From: Chiloscyllium plagiosum
Taxonomy: Eukaryota
Length of the DNA stretch: 64,000 nt
NCBI RefSeq assembly: GCF_004010195.1
Contig: NC_057756.1
Span: 3,628,785-3,692,784, forward strand
Reading direction: 5' to 3'
Numbering within the stretch: position 1 is the first letter of the stretch; the number at the start of each line of letters is the position of its first letter. Positions 1 through 13,336 of the stretch are shown one piece after another. The notes under the pieces are model-generated. The model made no database searches. It was not told the DNA's origin and saw only the letters and a list, made by a program, of their open reading frames with translations. Both the position numbers and the translations under genes were made by a program.

Positions 1-636
1 CTTTAAAAAATATGCGTCAGCTGTGTCATTAAACATTGAGTTTTTTGTAATTTGTTGACGGAGTTAAAATAACAGAGCACAGATTTACTTTGAGGAACTT
101 TTATTTTTCTCATTTACAGCTTTCACTGCTCGGAAGTATGGCGGAGTTAGGTTTAGCTGACACATATTAGAGTGCTTTGGATGATCGCTGACTTTGAAAA
201 TGCCATCCAACTGAACGAATGAATGGAGTAGATTGATATTGTGTATTTAACATCTCCAAATAGCCAACAGGTGAATAATGAGAACAATGACTTCCTTCTG
301 TAATATAATTGCAAGAAATACTTCAGTTGCTTTCGAGTCAGGAGAAAATTAAGCATTGTTCAGTCCTCACCGAGCATCCTTGTTTTATCATAATGTTGGA
401 GGATATGTGCTCAACTGGCGATTTTTCCACGATGTTACCCGATCTTTCCGCATCTAAAATCTTTGTGATCTCTCATAATCTTCAACTCAGTTTGACAAAA
501 CTCCTCCTCTCCATTTCACACCTTTGTCCCTCATTCATTTTATCTCCCTTTATTGTTTCCAGTCAGGACGTCGCCTCGTAGTGAACGTTTGAGTTCTGAA
601 GAATGACGGGATAAACTGTACTACTTTTAATATATC

Positions 637-1030
637 ATAGAAGGTTGAGAGATAACTTGATGAAATATTATACAATATTGAGTATAATAAATAGATTGAT
701 AGCATTTGTTTTCCCTGAAAGTGCATTTCGGGGGCATATTTTGCAGGTGAGAAGAGAGAGATTTAAAATAAAGACATCAGAGTTACTTTGTTTTCAAGTT
801 AAAGTGGCTTGAATGTGGAATGAACTTCGTACAGAAGTCATGGAAGCTGGTAATATTACAACCCGTAAAAAACATTTGCATGGATACATGAATTGAAAAG
901 ATTTTCAGAGATATTGGTCAGAGGCAAGCAGGTGGCACTCGTTTGGTTTGAGACTATGTACGGCGTGGGTTGCATTCGCTTGGACCAGCAGGGTCTTTTT
1001 CATGCTGTGTTACTCAGTGATTCTATTTCT
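637..1030 (+). mobile_element. Degenerate CR1 LINE 3' fragment (end of ORF2 plus 3' UTR)
   Basis: agaaggttgagagataacttgatgaaa...gaatgtggaatgaactt...tggatacatgaat resembles the 3' end of the young CR1 at 23.77-24.1 kb. Confidence 0.75.
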
Positions 1031-1834
1031 TTTTATGTGTTGATTCTATGTCAAACAAGTCATGTGTATAAATGTTAAATAACACTTTAGGGCACGATAG
1101 TAATCCTTATGGCATGCTTCTCCTATCGCACCAATGACACAATTATTTATTTTCTGATTTGGGTCAGATAGTCAATCATCTAATCACTAATCATGCAAAC
1201 ACAGTATCATTAGTGATAACTAACCAATAAAACATTGGATGTACAGAACTCTGTCTGAGAAATTATGGTCAGAATAATTCTTCTCTTGAAAGATCGAGAT
1301 CATTGTCATAATTCATTTCACCAGTACTCCATTATTCTACGAACTTTCTGGTATATGACATTAAAATATGTATTTAGCTCATTGATTCAAAGCTCCTGTG
1401 CATAAATGTAAAGTGGTATTTCTTCCACAGTAAATTTGAGAAAAATCTTTTCAGCACATGAGTTCAACCTTAGGTAATTTTCACATCAAACCATTGAAAT
1501 GCCTAAACAAATTAATGTTTTTATCTGCACAGAACAGAAATTGATAAATTTTAGAAACTGGAAAATTCATTCCGTACCAGTGTTTCTGCTGATGGAAATA
1601 AAAACAAAGAGTGTATGGATGATAAGGAATACACGCAGTTTTAAAGCCGCATTTAACAATTTGAAATGACCAACTGATGAACAGGACTCATTTGCAAAGT
1701 GAGGCACCATGAGACAAAAAATATGTTCAGCAGCAGATATTCTGAGAATAATGAAGGTCAGAACCTAAGACGTTCCTTCATTCTAAATAATAATACTTCA
1801 ATTCAGTGCGCATCATGAAACACAGATAAGTAGC

Positions 1835-2110
1835 ATAGAGTTGCAGCAGGTAACCATGAATGCTCGGGGAATGCTGATAATTATCTCAAGAGAATTGAAT
1901 GTGACCTGTGTCGAAGCATTACTGCAACTGTAAAAAAATGATGGAGACAGCACACCTCCAGCACTGTGAGCAATTTCGCTGACCTTCTTTTAGGAAAATC
2001 TATTGAAGGCTGTTTAGATAAGGGTTAGCTCAGAGCAATACCTTCCTGCAGCAAGAGGTAACAGCATGGCCAAAGACGTGATAACTGGAGATTGACATGG
2101 TTTCAATGTA
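1835..2110 (+). mobile_element. Highly degenerate CR1 ORF2 C-terminal fragment
   Basis: Eroded equivalent of the KAYGVLTFISRGIEF..LQLYRTLVRPHLEYCV region seen intact at 23520-23640. Confidence 0.5.
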
Positions 2111-3799
2111 ATAGAAATGTTTTGAAAATTGTTCTGTATCCGAGAGATAATACTTATGTTTCGTACAAAGTAATAAATATTCTATTTTAATGAGAATAAC
2201 AAACTTCATAATGTTTGTTAACTATCCATAACACATTGTTTCATTGTTGCAGTTTTGTTCCAAGTTGGGAAAAAAATCATTGCAATGGTTTATATCGACT
2301 AAATATTAATTGCTTGTGATCTGCATTCGTAAATGAAGGTCAGAGTTCCTGGGTTTCTTTAATTTTCCATTTCTTCACATTTGACAGTGTCAAACATCCA
2401 AAAGGATGGCATTACTTCCTTGTTGTATTAAAACAAAGTCACTATATCTTGCTAGCTCGTCCTCATTCTCATTCATTTGCAATCAAGTATGATGGACCGT
2501 CAAAGAAATTCCTTCTGAATGCTCAAGCGTTCAATTGTACTTGCAGTAAAGATGGGCATGATTCTAAAGCCACATCCCTGGCGACGCATTTGGCAGATGA
2601 GGTGAATTTTGTACTTGGCCTTGAAATTACAGGCATTACCTTCTCAGATTCCTTTGTCCTGAACTTCTTAGGCCATTGGCGTTGTGAAAGAATTGTAATC
2701 CTTCGTCCAGGAAGATGTTCCAAGTTGGACGATTCTCAATGACAAATCGCATGAACATTGGATGTTGGAATTCAGAAACAAAAACAGCAACAGTTTTGAA
2801 AATCTGAACAGGTCTGACCCGATTTTTGGAGAGAAATCAGAGTAAACATTTTGAATGAAGTGAACTTTCAGAACGTCAGTTGATTGCGGATTGCACAAAG
2901 TGTACCCAATTTCAGCTGGTGCTGTCCAGCATCCTGAACATTCCTCGATGTAGTACCAAACAACACATTTTGCTGTTCAGCAATGTGATAATCAGTTATA
3001 TTATATTAACCCTTACCCAGACAACTTAATTATGCTATTTGAAAGTTAGAAGAATTTTGTTTAATCAGTAGGAGAATATTGCACTGCAGACGTCTTAGCC
3101 TTTGATTCCATTCTTGTTCATAATATTTGCATAACTTCCTTTTCAAATTTCAGCAATTTTTGACAGGTAGGGTGCTGATTATGCCGACTTCAAATGGCTT
3201 AGTTATTTCATTGTCGACATCATCACGTACCTTACAAAATTATCACTTACCAGCTGGCAAACGATGTTCATATCATAGATTTGTATTATCTTCATTCAAG
3301 GGATTGTTCTGTTTCATTGGAATTAGGAACTAAACTAAGCATTATAGAAACATCAGTGAGTATCGCTATCAGAAACATTAGTTTGAAGGAAGCAGCAATG
3401 TTTTCTCTTTCACTGGATGTGATATCCCAATGATTCTGCTTCCAGAGATTCTGCAACATCCCAGATTCAGCTTTTTCTTTGGAAATAAAAGAAGATAGGG
3501 AAGTCGGTCGGAACCCTACTATTGAATCTGCGTCAAGACTCACGTCTGGCATTCACAGACAGTTAGAAGAAATGGATTGGCATATTTCTTACAATGCTAA
3601 TATAAAATTCCATCAAAATACCAAGTGATATAAGGCAAGACTTAAAATAACTGGCCAATAAAATCTCATCTGCATTGCGATAATGACTGAAATGGTTCTC
3701 AAAGAAATATGTGAAACCAAAATGAGTGTGGCAAAAGTACATTCTCGTCGCCCCATCAAGATGGCACTGACACATGCTGGATTTCTGGAACGAAAAGCA

Positions 3800-6700
3800 T
3801 CTATGCTGTCGGTATCCATCTGTTCCTTGTCGAATCTCTCAACATAATTCTTAGCCATTGCTATTATATATGCCACCACTATCTTATCCAGCAGCATATC
3901 CCAGGCATATAAAAAACTCTGTGTTCAAGAAGAAATGTCTCACGTCGTCTTTAGACTGGCATCCTTTTAACTTAAACCCTTGTCCACTAGTAATAGGCAT
4001 CTGTATCTTGGGAAAAAGACACAAATTATCCATTCTCTCTACATGACTTATAATTTTCTAAACGTCTATCGGACCCCACCGCCTGTGACTTTTGCGTCAG
4101 AAGGAAGACAAAGAAATTTGCAATTTCTCGTGATTGCTAATGCACTTCAAACCAGGCATCATTTTTCTAAGCACATTTCTGGAACCATTCCAAATCCGTT
4201 AACAACTTCCCTTGGAACCATGAGCATGCCAATTGTAGATGAACCAAAGACCCATATAGCTGCAGACTGTGAAATGTGACACTTTCTGCTCCAAATGAAG
4301 AACACAAACGTATCAGATGACTTTTGATCACCTTACTCCAATGTGCTGTCACATTCAATAAACTTTAAGCATGGATCCCTCTTTATCCAGGAGTTCTACA
4401 ATTTCTTCCCACAAGTTCACGGCTTATCAATATCCTGCGATTTTCTGGCAATTGACCTTGCTATCCACAGCACTTCCAATGATTGTGTTATCGACGCAGG
4501 TACTAATCAAGTCACCAGCATACTCCTGCATGTGGTTATATATGATACAAGCAACAGAGTTTCAGTCAGTAATGCCCAAGGGAGAGTTCTATTCCTTATG
4601 ACTTCTTTGATAGTCACAAACCTCCAGTCAGGAGAAAAAAACCTTTCCGCTACTAATCCTTGCCTTCCATGTAAGTTAATACTATAAGCTTCTTCAAGGC
4701 TTACCATCGATCTCATTTGCCTTCACTGTTTTTATGAGCCTGCCAATATGGACCTTGTCAAAGGCCTTCCCAAAGTCAACGTGACTAGAATCCAGGAACG
4801 CATACTCCAGAAAAATGAAATTAATTTTGGGAAACATGCTGTTTTCCGCATAAAGCCATGATGTCCATTGCTAATTGGATGAGGCTTCTTTTCAACCTTG
4901 AATATATTCTATTCTTCAGAATGTTCTCCAATAAATTTCCTACCACTGACGTAAGGCTCAATGCCAGTCGTTTTCCAGATTCTCACCGTGCTCCTTAAAT
5001 AAATGGGGAAGCTAAGAGAAATAAAAATTAATTCAATGTTTTACAGTTTCCTTACCCTCTTCAGTCAGCATGCTTGTATCGATCCCATCACGCTTTATGG
5101 TCCTGTCCACTTAATGCTTTTCAAAACAGCCAACGACATTTCTTCTATTATATTGATATGCTCTAAAATATCAAAATAAACGCTCGCAAGACTCTCCCTT
5201 CACTATATCGGCCACTTTTATGAAGGATTATGCAAAGGCTTCGTTAAGGACATCACCCACATGCTTTGACTCCACGCATGAATTCCTTCCATTGTCACTG
5301 AAAGGGGATACCATTTCTTTGGATGACCTCTTTTTCCTTGAATATTGAAAAAAAGAGATTTTCCACATTGCTGTGTTCCAGATATTTCGCTGTGTTCCAG
5401 ATATTTTGCTTTCAATCCGCCTCAGCCTTTGAATTCTTTCCTGTTGTCTTTGCATTATTTGAATGACCTATCACTTTTCAGTTTCCTGAACGATATACAA
5501 CAGTTTGTTTTTTATATTCTTGTTTGCCTTAGCTCCCAATTTCTCTTGTAACTCAAAGTGCCTGAATCTTTTCATCCTTCTGTTCGATTTTTATAGGAGC
5601 GTGCTGGTCCTGGGATCACCAATATTAATATTGCCACTTCAAGGTTCCCACATACCAGGTGTAGATTTCAAACAATTGTCAATCCACAGAATCAATGTGG
5701 ATTCCGTAGTCTCTGCTTAATTCGTTAGAAAATGGTCTTCCCCTTAATTAGCACTTTCATCCAATAACCACGATTATCCTTAACCAGATTAACAGAGAGA
5801 AGTGTGATCACTCTTCCAGAAATTGATCTCCATTGAATCATCAATCACTTAATCGGTCTAATTCCTCTCCAGAAGTTCGAATATGGCCTGCTATGTAGTT
5901 GGACTAGTTAGATATTGTTTCAAAAAATGCGTTTGACATACCTAACAACTTCCACACCCGAGTGCTGTCCCATGCCCTTCGCTTTATGGACTCCGAGTCA
6001 ATATAGGGGGATTTAAAATTATCCACAAAAAGTATCCCTTTGTCTTTGATTCCCCCATAGTCCGTCAAAACATTTGGTCCTCCATCAGCCGGTCCCAGTT
6101 GGCAGGCCATTCTTCCAATAACATAAAAATGACAAAATCTTCCTATTCCTGAAGTCATCAAATTCCTTCACCAGACGAGTACACCGAGGTGTCCTTCCTC
6201 AGTACAATTGCAATGTTCTCACTCATAAGCAATATGAAGTAGCCACTACTTCCATATCCCTCAATATCATACTTGAGACAATTAAATAACGGAATGTTAA
6301 TTTGTCAGTTTTGACCCTCTCTCAACCAAATGTCTTGTCTCATAACAATGTCCTAATTATGTGTTATAAAGCAAACTCTAATTTCATTGTACTTACATTT
6401 CGTGCTTCATGTATTGAAATTAATGAACCTCGGCCTATGACTAATTCTGTGTTCAGTAAAATCTCCCTGTATGCTCTTCCTCTTATTCATTCATTCATTT
6501 TACTTACTGACCTTCAACTTCGCCTCCTGCCCACCTGGTTTAAATCGTACTAAGAGGGGTGAAAAATACTTGCGAAATATTGATGCCCTTCCATTACAGC
6601 TTAAACCTTCTCTTGTGTATTTGTCCCACCTGCCCTGGCAAACATTGTAATGGCTGCCATTCTGCAAACCATCCCTCATAAACAAGCTCGTTTGCCATAT

Positions 6701-7630
6701 AAGTATGTGTACCATCTTCTTATTCCTAGCCTCATTAGCATGTCGCACAGGTAGTATCCCCACTAGTACAAACTGCATTGTAATGCTTTTTAGCTGCCTT
6801 TCTTACTTTCTGTATTTCCATTCTTGGGACATAAGCCTTTCTGCTGAAGTCGATCGCATCAATTTAGACCACAGCATCTGGCTACTCAGCCTCAGAGTTC
6901 AAAACGATCTATGCCCACGCAGATGCATCACTGGTCCTGCCATCAGGGAGGCAACAGACCATTGTGGCTACTCGCCTACGGCCACAGAATCAGTTAACTG
7001 TGTTCATCACTGCTCGCCTGTACTTCAACCCTACCTGCGGAATACATTGCCAGTCGAGCTAATGTTGATCTCGCTGCTGCTTCTGCATTCTTGAAGGACA
7101 TCCTCCAGCAGTATGGAAAATCGAACACTTCCTCACGATTGGAATGACCTACACTAATTTAACATACTTGTTTTGGTTTGCTATGTCCTCTCCTCGTAAC
7201 ACTTTGTGGTGTTGTAATCAACTCGTTCAACGTGTTTTCAGCCTCATTGTTGCTCCATAATGAATCGATCTGCATCTCAAGTTTCTCTTGCCACAAGTCA
7301 AAAGGTGTAACTCCACACGTGTTCTGCATAAGTTGGCGCCATTTCCATTTTAATTGTCCCTACATTCTCAGCTATTGAAGAGAATAATTCCACTGATGGA
7401 ACTCGTCTGCCATTTCGAACGTTACCAAGGAAATAAACCAAATTAAACTTCAGGTGATAATCCAGGAACTGGTAATGCAAATGCACCCAGTAATGATCAA
7501 TCCCAAGTTTAGCACTCCCCTTCTCTATTCCTGCGAGATTTTAACGAAAAGTAAGTCTCTTATCTGCCTTCAGATATTAATCATTCTGTCTGTAAGCTTG
7601 GTTCCTGAGCAACCGCAAGGCATTGGTACC
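3800..7630 (-). mobile_element. Old, near full-length CR1 LINE (ORF1 esterase, endonuclease, RT, 3' UTR), heavily mutated
   Basis: Minus ORF 6500-6778 (GILPVRHANEARNKK) matches ORF1 esterase ISGLLPVPRDSEARNR; endonuclease remnant at 5900-6160; DFxKAFDKV remnant near 4750-4780; 3' UTR near 3850-3990. Confidence 0.8.
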
Positions 7631-7634
7631 CATT

Positions 7635-7876
7635 TCACCGTAGCTGTTTCTTTGGATTCCCCAGCTTAAACTGACTGTTGCTAAAATCTAATGAATACTA
7701 AACTAGAAAAAGGCTGGGCTGGGAGAATCGGCTACTCCCTTTTCATTATACAAGTGTTTGTTTAACTTGGAAGCCTTTTCAAGGAAGTAAACACCAGACA
7801 AAATGGAAACTCTGTCCTACTTATCCCTATTGAAAAAAAATCCTCCTAACTTTGTGAAAGGAGTAACATGGTCACA
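7635..7876 (-). repeat. Partial 3' LTR of the Gmr1-like element, with adjacent polypurine tract (complement of 7877-7886)
   Basis: ctttggattccccagc...tttcattatac shared with 12745-12850; ends ...gtcaca followed by tttcctcctt (reverse complement aaggaggaaa). Confidence 0.75.
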
Positions 7877-10800
7877 TTTCCTCCTTATAAAAAGGGGCAA
7901 CAATATGAAAATATAGCTTCATTTTAACTCCCCTTAACCTTACACTGCTAGATCACGATATTATATACATGTATACATATATACATTACATTGAAAATAA
8001 CCATGTAAACATGCACATTAAATTATATTACATTCCATTTTATTTCCGCCAGTGAACGCTTATGTTTCACATTCAAGTCACGACAATGCATTGGAAATCA
8101 CATTTTCTCGTTCTCTCACCTTCACAATTTTCAATTTGAATGACTGCAACAGCAAGCTCTGCCTGAACATATTTCTGTTGGTAAATGTTAAAGTTATGGA
8201 TTAAATACCTGATAGATCTTTCTATTGTTTCATTATTTTCATATAAGAGCACAGAACTGACACGCACATCACTTGAATCGATAGCCACCTTGAATGTCTT
8301 TACGTAATTACGAGTGGCTAACAGAGGTGCATTGTTTAAAAAAGTTTTTACGCTGTCAAATGCCTGCTGATATTCCACCGTCCACTGAATTTTAATGCCT
8401 TTATTTAGCAAATGAGTAAGAGGAGCAGCCATACTTCTCAAATTTCATTCGAATTTCCAATAAAATCCATTCAATCCCAGGAATTATACCTCTGCTCTTT
8501 TTTTGTCGATGGTATGGGAAACCCTCTCAATTACGTTTTCCTTTGCATTCCGTGGGTGCACTTGACCATGTACAATAATATGGCCAAAGAACATGACTTG
8601 GGCTTGACAAATTCTCATCTGGCTAAAGCTTTATCAACAAGCCTGCCTCTGGAAGACGATTGAACAATTCTGATAAATTTCGAAAATGTTCATTCCATGC
8701 GTGACTAAAACTCAGCACACCATCAATATTAACGACTAAATTGAACAACCTGGAAATGTTTTATATCTCAGCCTCTGAATTGTGGGTGTCACATTTTTCA
8801 CAACAAATGGCATGACTTTAAATTAAGATCTTTCATTAGATGTTACTGAAGTCGAAATTGTCTTCCCTCTTTCAGACAAAAGTACTTGCGAGTATCCTCT
8901 GAGCAAGTCCAACTCAGAAATACAATGCGCTTGTCCAACCTTTTCAACGCAGTATTGCAAACGGGGAATTAGATGTGCAACAAACTTTGCAATTGCTTTG
9001 ACTTTGCCACAGTTCTCTGGAAGGTAACTCAAAAATTATCCTAATTGTTTAAAACTTCGTCATTGTTCAATTTAATTTCAGGAATATCCAGTTAAGAATC
9101 TTCTGGACTTGTTTCTTCACTTTGTGTTTTGTGCAAAAATGCAATGCCCTTTCAATTTCCTTACCTATCAAAATATCATTTGAGCATAATCACGCGACAC
9201 TTCCATCAGATTCCTTATTGTTTGGAGTTCTTATCAAATAGTTCAGCTCACTTGATTTCCTTTCGACTTGTAAATGTCCTCTAAAACGTTCTTTTGAAGT
9301 TTCAGCTATCATTGGTTGTTACACTAACACATTATCTCCATGGCAAAATTGTGACCTTTTGATTTTTGCCTGATTGCCGTTTCACTGTATGCTGCGATAT
9401 TTGTAAATGTTGTCTCGCCAACTCCCCTGCTCTGTTTAATCATTGGCTAATATCTGACACATTTTCGGAACTTGTGGTTTCTGAATTGTGACTTACCACT
9501 TTCTCCATAATCAATTTCAGCGCTGCTCTAACTGTGCACCAAAAAAGTACTTCAAATCGACGAATTCGGGTCGATTCATTCGGTGCATCTCAGATCGCAA
9601 AATATCCAAATGGAATTCCATTTCCGTATTCATTTGGATAAGTTTTGAGGATAAACATTCAACGTGGTCTTTACTTTCTGATGCCACTTTCTAGCGCTCT
9701 CTCCGATTTTGGATCCTGAGCAATAGAACTCAATTATTTTATCCCTAACTGTCCACAACTTCATTGAATAATTTTGATGTCAAATTTTCCAATGATCTGA
9801 TTGTTTCTCTGTGGTTAGTCTAGATCTCGTGAAAAAAAGATTAACCCCTCCATAATCCAGTTAGTTGTGAAAATGCGTAATGGAATCTCCTTTGGAAATC
9901 TCATGCATACTTTCATTATTGTTAACAAATATTGATTCCCAGTTTTTGTTTTGTTTTATGTCGGGGTCCTAGGCAATCAATTAAGACTCTTTTGATAGGT
10001 TACTCAGACGCAGGAACAATTAGTTAACGTGTTGGTTTTGTTAATGACTGTGGTTTACCAATTTCCTGAAAAGAATGAATGTGTGGCAAAGTTCAACTAC
10101 ATCCTTGTTCAGTCCAGGCCAGTACAAAATGGTTTTTCATATTTTAATTTGCATTTTTCTTGAGCCTAAATGATCTTCTACTGGTAATTGAAGCACCATC
10201 TGCAACACTTCCTTTCCACCCCTCACTGACAATACAACTTGATGACCTTCTGCACATTTTATACAAGACTGAATATGTGATGTGGTCCATTTCCTGATTG
10301 AGACATCATTTTTAAGATAGTAGCACACTAGGATATATCCAAATTATTCTTCCATCTGTGCATTTCAATATAATTGGTTTGCTTTGTCATTATTCTGCTA
10401 TAAATCAGTTAATATCGAAGTTAAGGTTACTTCTTTGTCAATTATACCTGTTTTGTAAATGATTTGATCCAACGGGGGTTCTGCTAATTCCACTTCAACA
10501 TTCTTATTTGTATACTTTATTATCTTCTGTTTGAACTAGTAATTTTGTGACCTCGTTTCCACATAGGCAGAAAAAGTCACAAGATATGCATCTTTTAGTA
10601 GTTTAGTTGACTGAGCTTCCTTTGGCTTTTCCAGTACAGTAAGCAGTACTCCTAAATGTCTACCGGCTATAGCATTAGACAGGAATATTGTATTCCTGGA
10701 GCTGAGAGTTTGCCAGCACTCCAACCACGACTTATCCATTTCTCACTCTGCATAATTTGTCTCACCCTGATTTCCAGTTACTAAAACATGTCCTGACAAC

Positions 10801-12371
10801 AATCTTTCCGAGGTACATATTTCCTCATTTATCAATATAAAAGATTCAGATGATCCTTTATCTCTTAATATTATTTAACTGAAGATCTTGGCCAATGCGA
10901 GTAAATCTTACCTCTGCAAATAAATGCTTTAAGAAGATCTGGGACTTTTTCCCTATCCTCCCTCGAACCAGGTCGTACATTGTGGTGGAGGTTTCCGACA
11001 TCCACTTTGCTTTCTTTTACCACTCAAATAAAATTCAATGGCTTCTCCTATTTTCCGTTATTTAGCTTCCCAGTGCTTTTCCTAAAAGACCAACATTGTG
11101 AATTCACATGTCTTACTTTATTTCAGTGAAAAGACTAGAGATTCCGAACTTCTCTTTCCCCTTCAAGGGTTTCATTTTTTTCCTCTGTGATTCGTTATCA
11201 TTATGATCCTCACCAAGGATTACTGTTAACTTAACGTGCAAAGATTTCCCTTTCGACCAATTTCTATCACTCACGGATTGAAATTTATGTTGCAAGCAAA
11301 ACTTTAAATTATGGACCAACTCATAACTATCAGCCATGTCAGCTGCTATTTTTTCCAGTTTTACTCTGCACCCTTCCAGTTAACATTCTCAGTATCTCAC
11401 GAAGTGAAAATTTGAACTCCTCCATGTAATCAACTCTCTTAGAGCGTCAGAGGTTTTGCTCTAATTCAAATACTTTCTTGACCTCTGCATAAGCTCAAGA
11501 TATTTCATTTGATAAATTGTCTCACTTGCTGTACCTGTAAATGTGTTTGGATCAACAAATCCCACATGGTCACTGGTCACTGCATTTGTTTTGCCACCTT
11601 TTCAGATAAGAAAAGAAAACACTTTACATCTCTTGTACCAAATGTCGGCAATGTGTGAATGTATTTAAAGTTTCTCAACAGGCCACTGGCTACAATGGAT
11701 TTGCTCATCCTCAATGTCTTCCTCACGAAGCTTACCTGCAGCCTTCATCTCCATCCCTTTCAGCAGACTGGCTTGTCCAAGAGCCCATTTATGAAGTTCA
11801 TATTCTCTCGTTTTCTTCCTTTCCTCTCACTTCTTTTCTCTAACTTCCTTGTCTCTTTCTTTCTCTTTTCTATTTGTCTCTTTTTCTTTTTGTTCTGTGA
11901 ACGCGATTCGTTTTTTTTTTCTCTTTTTCCTCGGCTTTAAATGGGAATTGAAACAGTCTGATTTCGTCTGGCCTTTCCTTTTCTGTTGTCTGTAACTGAA
12001 GCTGCTTCGTTTTCAATTGAGTTGTCATCATTTTTGAAGATTCAGATAGCATTTCAGCAGTTTTATATCATGTGTTATTGCGGTAATTATCCCTTCTTTC
12101 CTCATAGAATAAGACAGCTCCAAATCCAAATCGCCTGCTAATTCCAGAATTTTGCTATTATTCACATATTTATAAGCCCTAATTCACTTCTTCCACTCCC
12201 AGAAAACTCATCTTGATTGAAAGAGCCATTGCTATCCCAAGCTCTGTTCACTACAAACGAAATAAATGCACAAAATATTAGAGACAATTACGCACCGCTC
12301 ACTCCTTCAAGTCCAGTAACCCTGATCCCAAATCAGAACTATAGAACAAATCTCATAAGGAGCCCAGAGTT

Positions 12372-12975
12372 TGTTAAGGACCAAACTATACCACCTCAAA
12401 ACATTTCAAAAGGGTAGCCAAGACACGAGCAATTCTGGTTGTTTTGAGCAGATGCATAGCTATGTTCCAGGAGAAAATTAGTTCTCACGACCACTTGGTC
12501 CTAAACAAAACAGAATTTCTTTCCAAGATTGCTAAATGAAACACAAATAAAACAGAATAGAAAATAGAATAACATAATGATTTAAAAGGCCATTAGACTC
12601 TATTATAATTTAATCATGATGTTCCTAATATTTGCAATGTTCCCCCCTACACGATCTTGGGAAAACAGGTAAAATAAACTCAGGCTTTTATAGGAGTGAA
12701 CTCACAAAGATCTGACATGGAATCTCGTTCCACTCTACCTGTTACTTTGGATTCCCCAGCATCACCTGACTGTTTGCTAAACCTAAATTAAAACTCAACA
12801 AACAGAGAAAAGCTGGGATTGGAGACCTGACCGCTCTACTTTCATTATACACGTGTTCTTTTTTGAACCTAAAAACTTATTCAAGCATACAAATCACAAC
12901 GTCTGTGTTGACGACTCGTCTGAAAATAAAGCAACCGGGGCAAGCTAATGTTGCGATACGGGCAGCATCGTCACT
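12372..12975 (-). repeat. 5' LTR of the Gmr1-like element; degenerate tRNA-Pro-like PBS at ~12350-12368
   Basis: Starts tgttaagg and ends catcgtcac; the minus strand reads TAACA-aac-TCTGGGCTCCTTATGAGAT, resembling TGGGGGCTCGTCCGGGAT. Confidence 0.75.
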
Positions 12976-13336
12976 GTTCTGAAAGTTTTAAATATACCAT
13001 CTTTTACACACCCCCTCTTCAGCAAATATCGATCCTGAGTCTTCAACCAGTCTTCTTTCAGTGGTCCCTTCATCCTCTGGTTTATCCTTTTCAACATCCT
13101 ATGAACTGATGCCACAAGGCATGCATTCGGTCTCTGAGATATGTAGGACCCAGAAGTGTTCACAGTTTTACATTAATATTCCAAACTCGGTCAGTGTAAA
13201 GTCTTGTACAACCTCTTCAGTTAAATCCTTCTCTTGGATTCCAGCTCTATCAAAATGAAAGATGACATTGCCTTTGCTTCCGAAGTATCAAATTAACCTG
13301 CATTTAAACCTGTCTGAAACCTACTCATGAGACGCT

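Larger units (their letters stand above)
7635..12975 (-). mobile_element. Gmr1-like Gypsy LTR retrotransposon, degenerate provirus (5' LTR-gag-PR-IN-RT-RH-3' LTR)
   Basis: RNaseH region in ORF 8073-8441 (PLTHLLNKG..QAFDSVK..APLL..AIDSSD); RT 8823-9032 (IPRLQYCVEKVGQA..LDLLRGYSQV); integrase zinc-binding region 10137-10328 (YYLKNDV..DHLGSRK); capsid-like LPTF..EKVAKQMQ*PVTMW near 11520-11655; similar LTR sequence at both ends. Confidence 0.9.

Noticed and set aside
3563..3897. Minus ORFs with faint Speedy/RINGO-like words (DKIVVAY, IHFF)
   Set aside because: Words are in different frames with wrong spacing and partly overlap a CR1 3' UTR
12990..13320. Possible 3' end of another LTR element (purine tract followed by TGTG on the minus strand)
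   Set aside because: Too degenerate to assign
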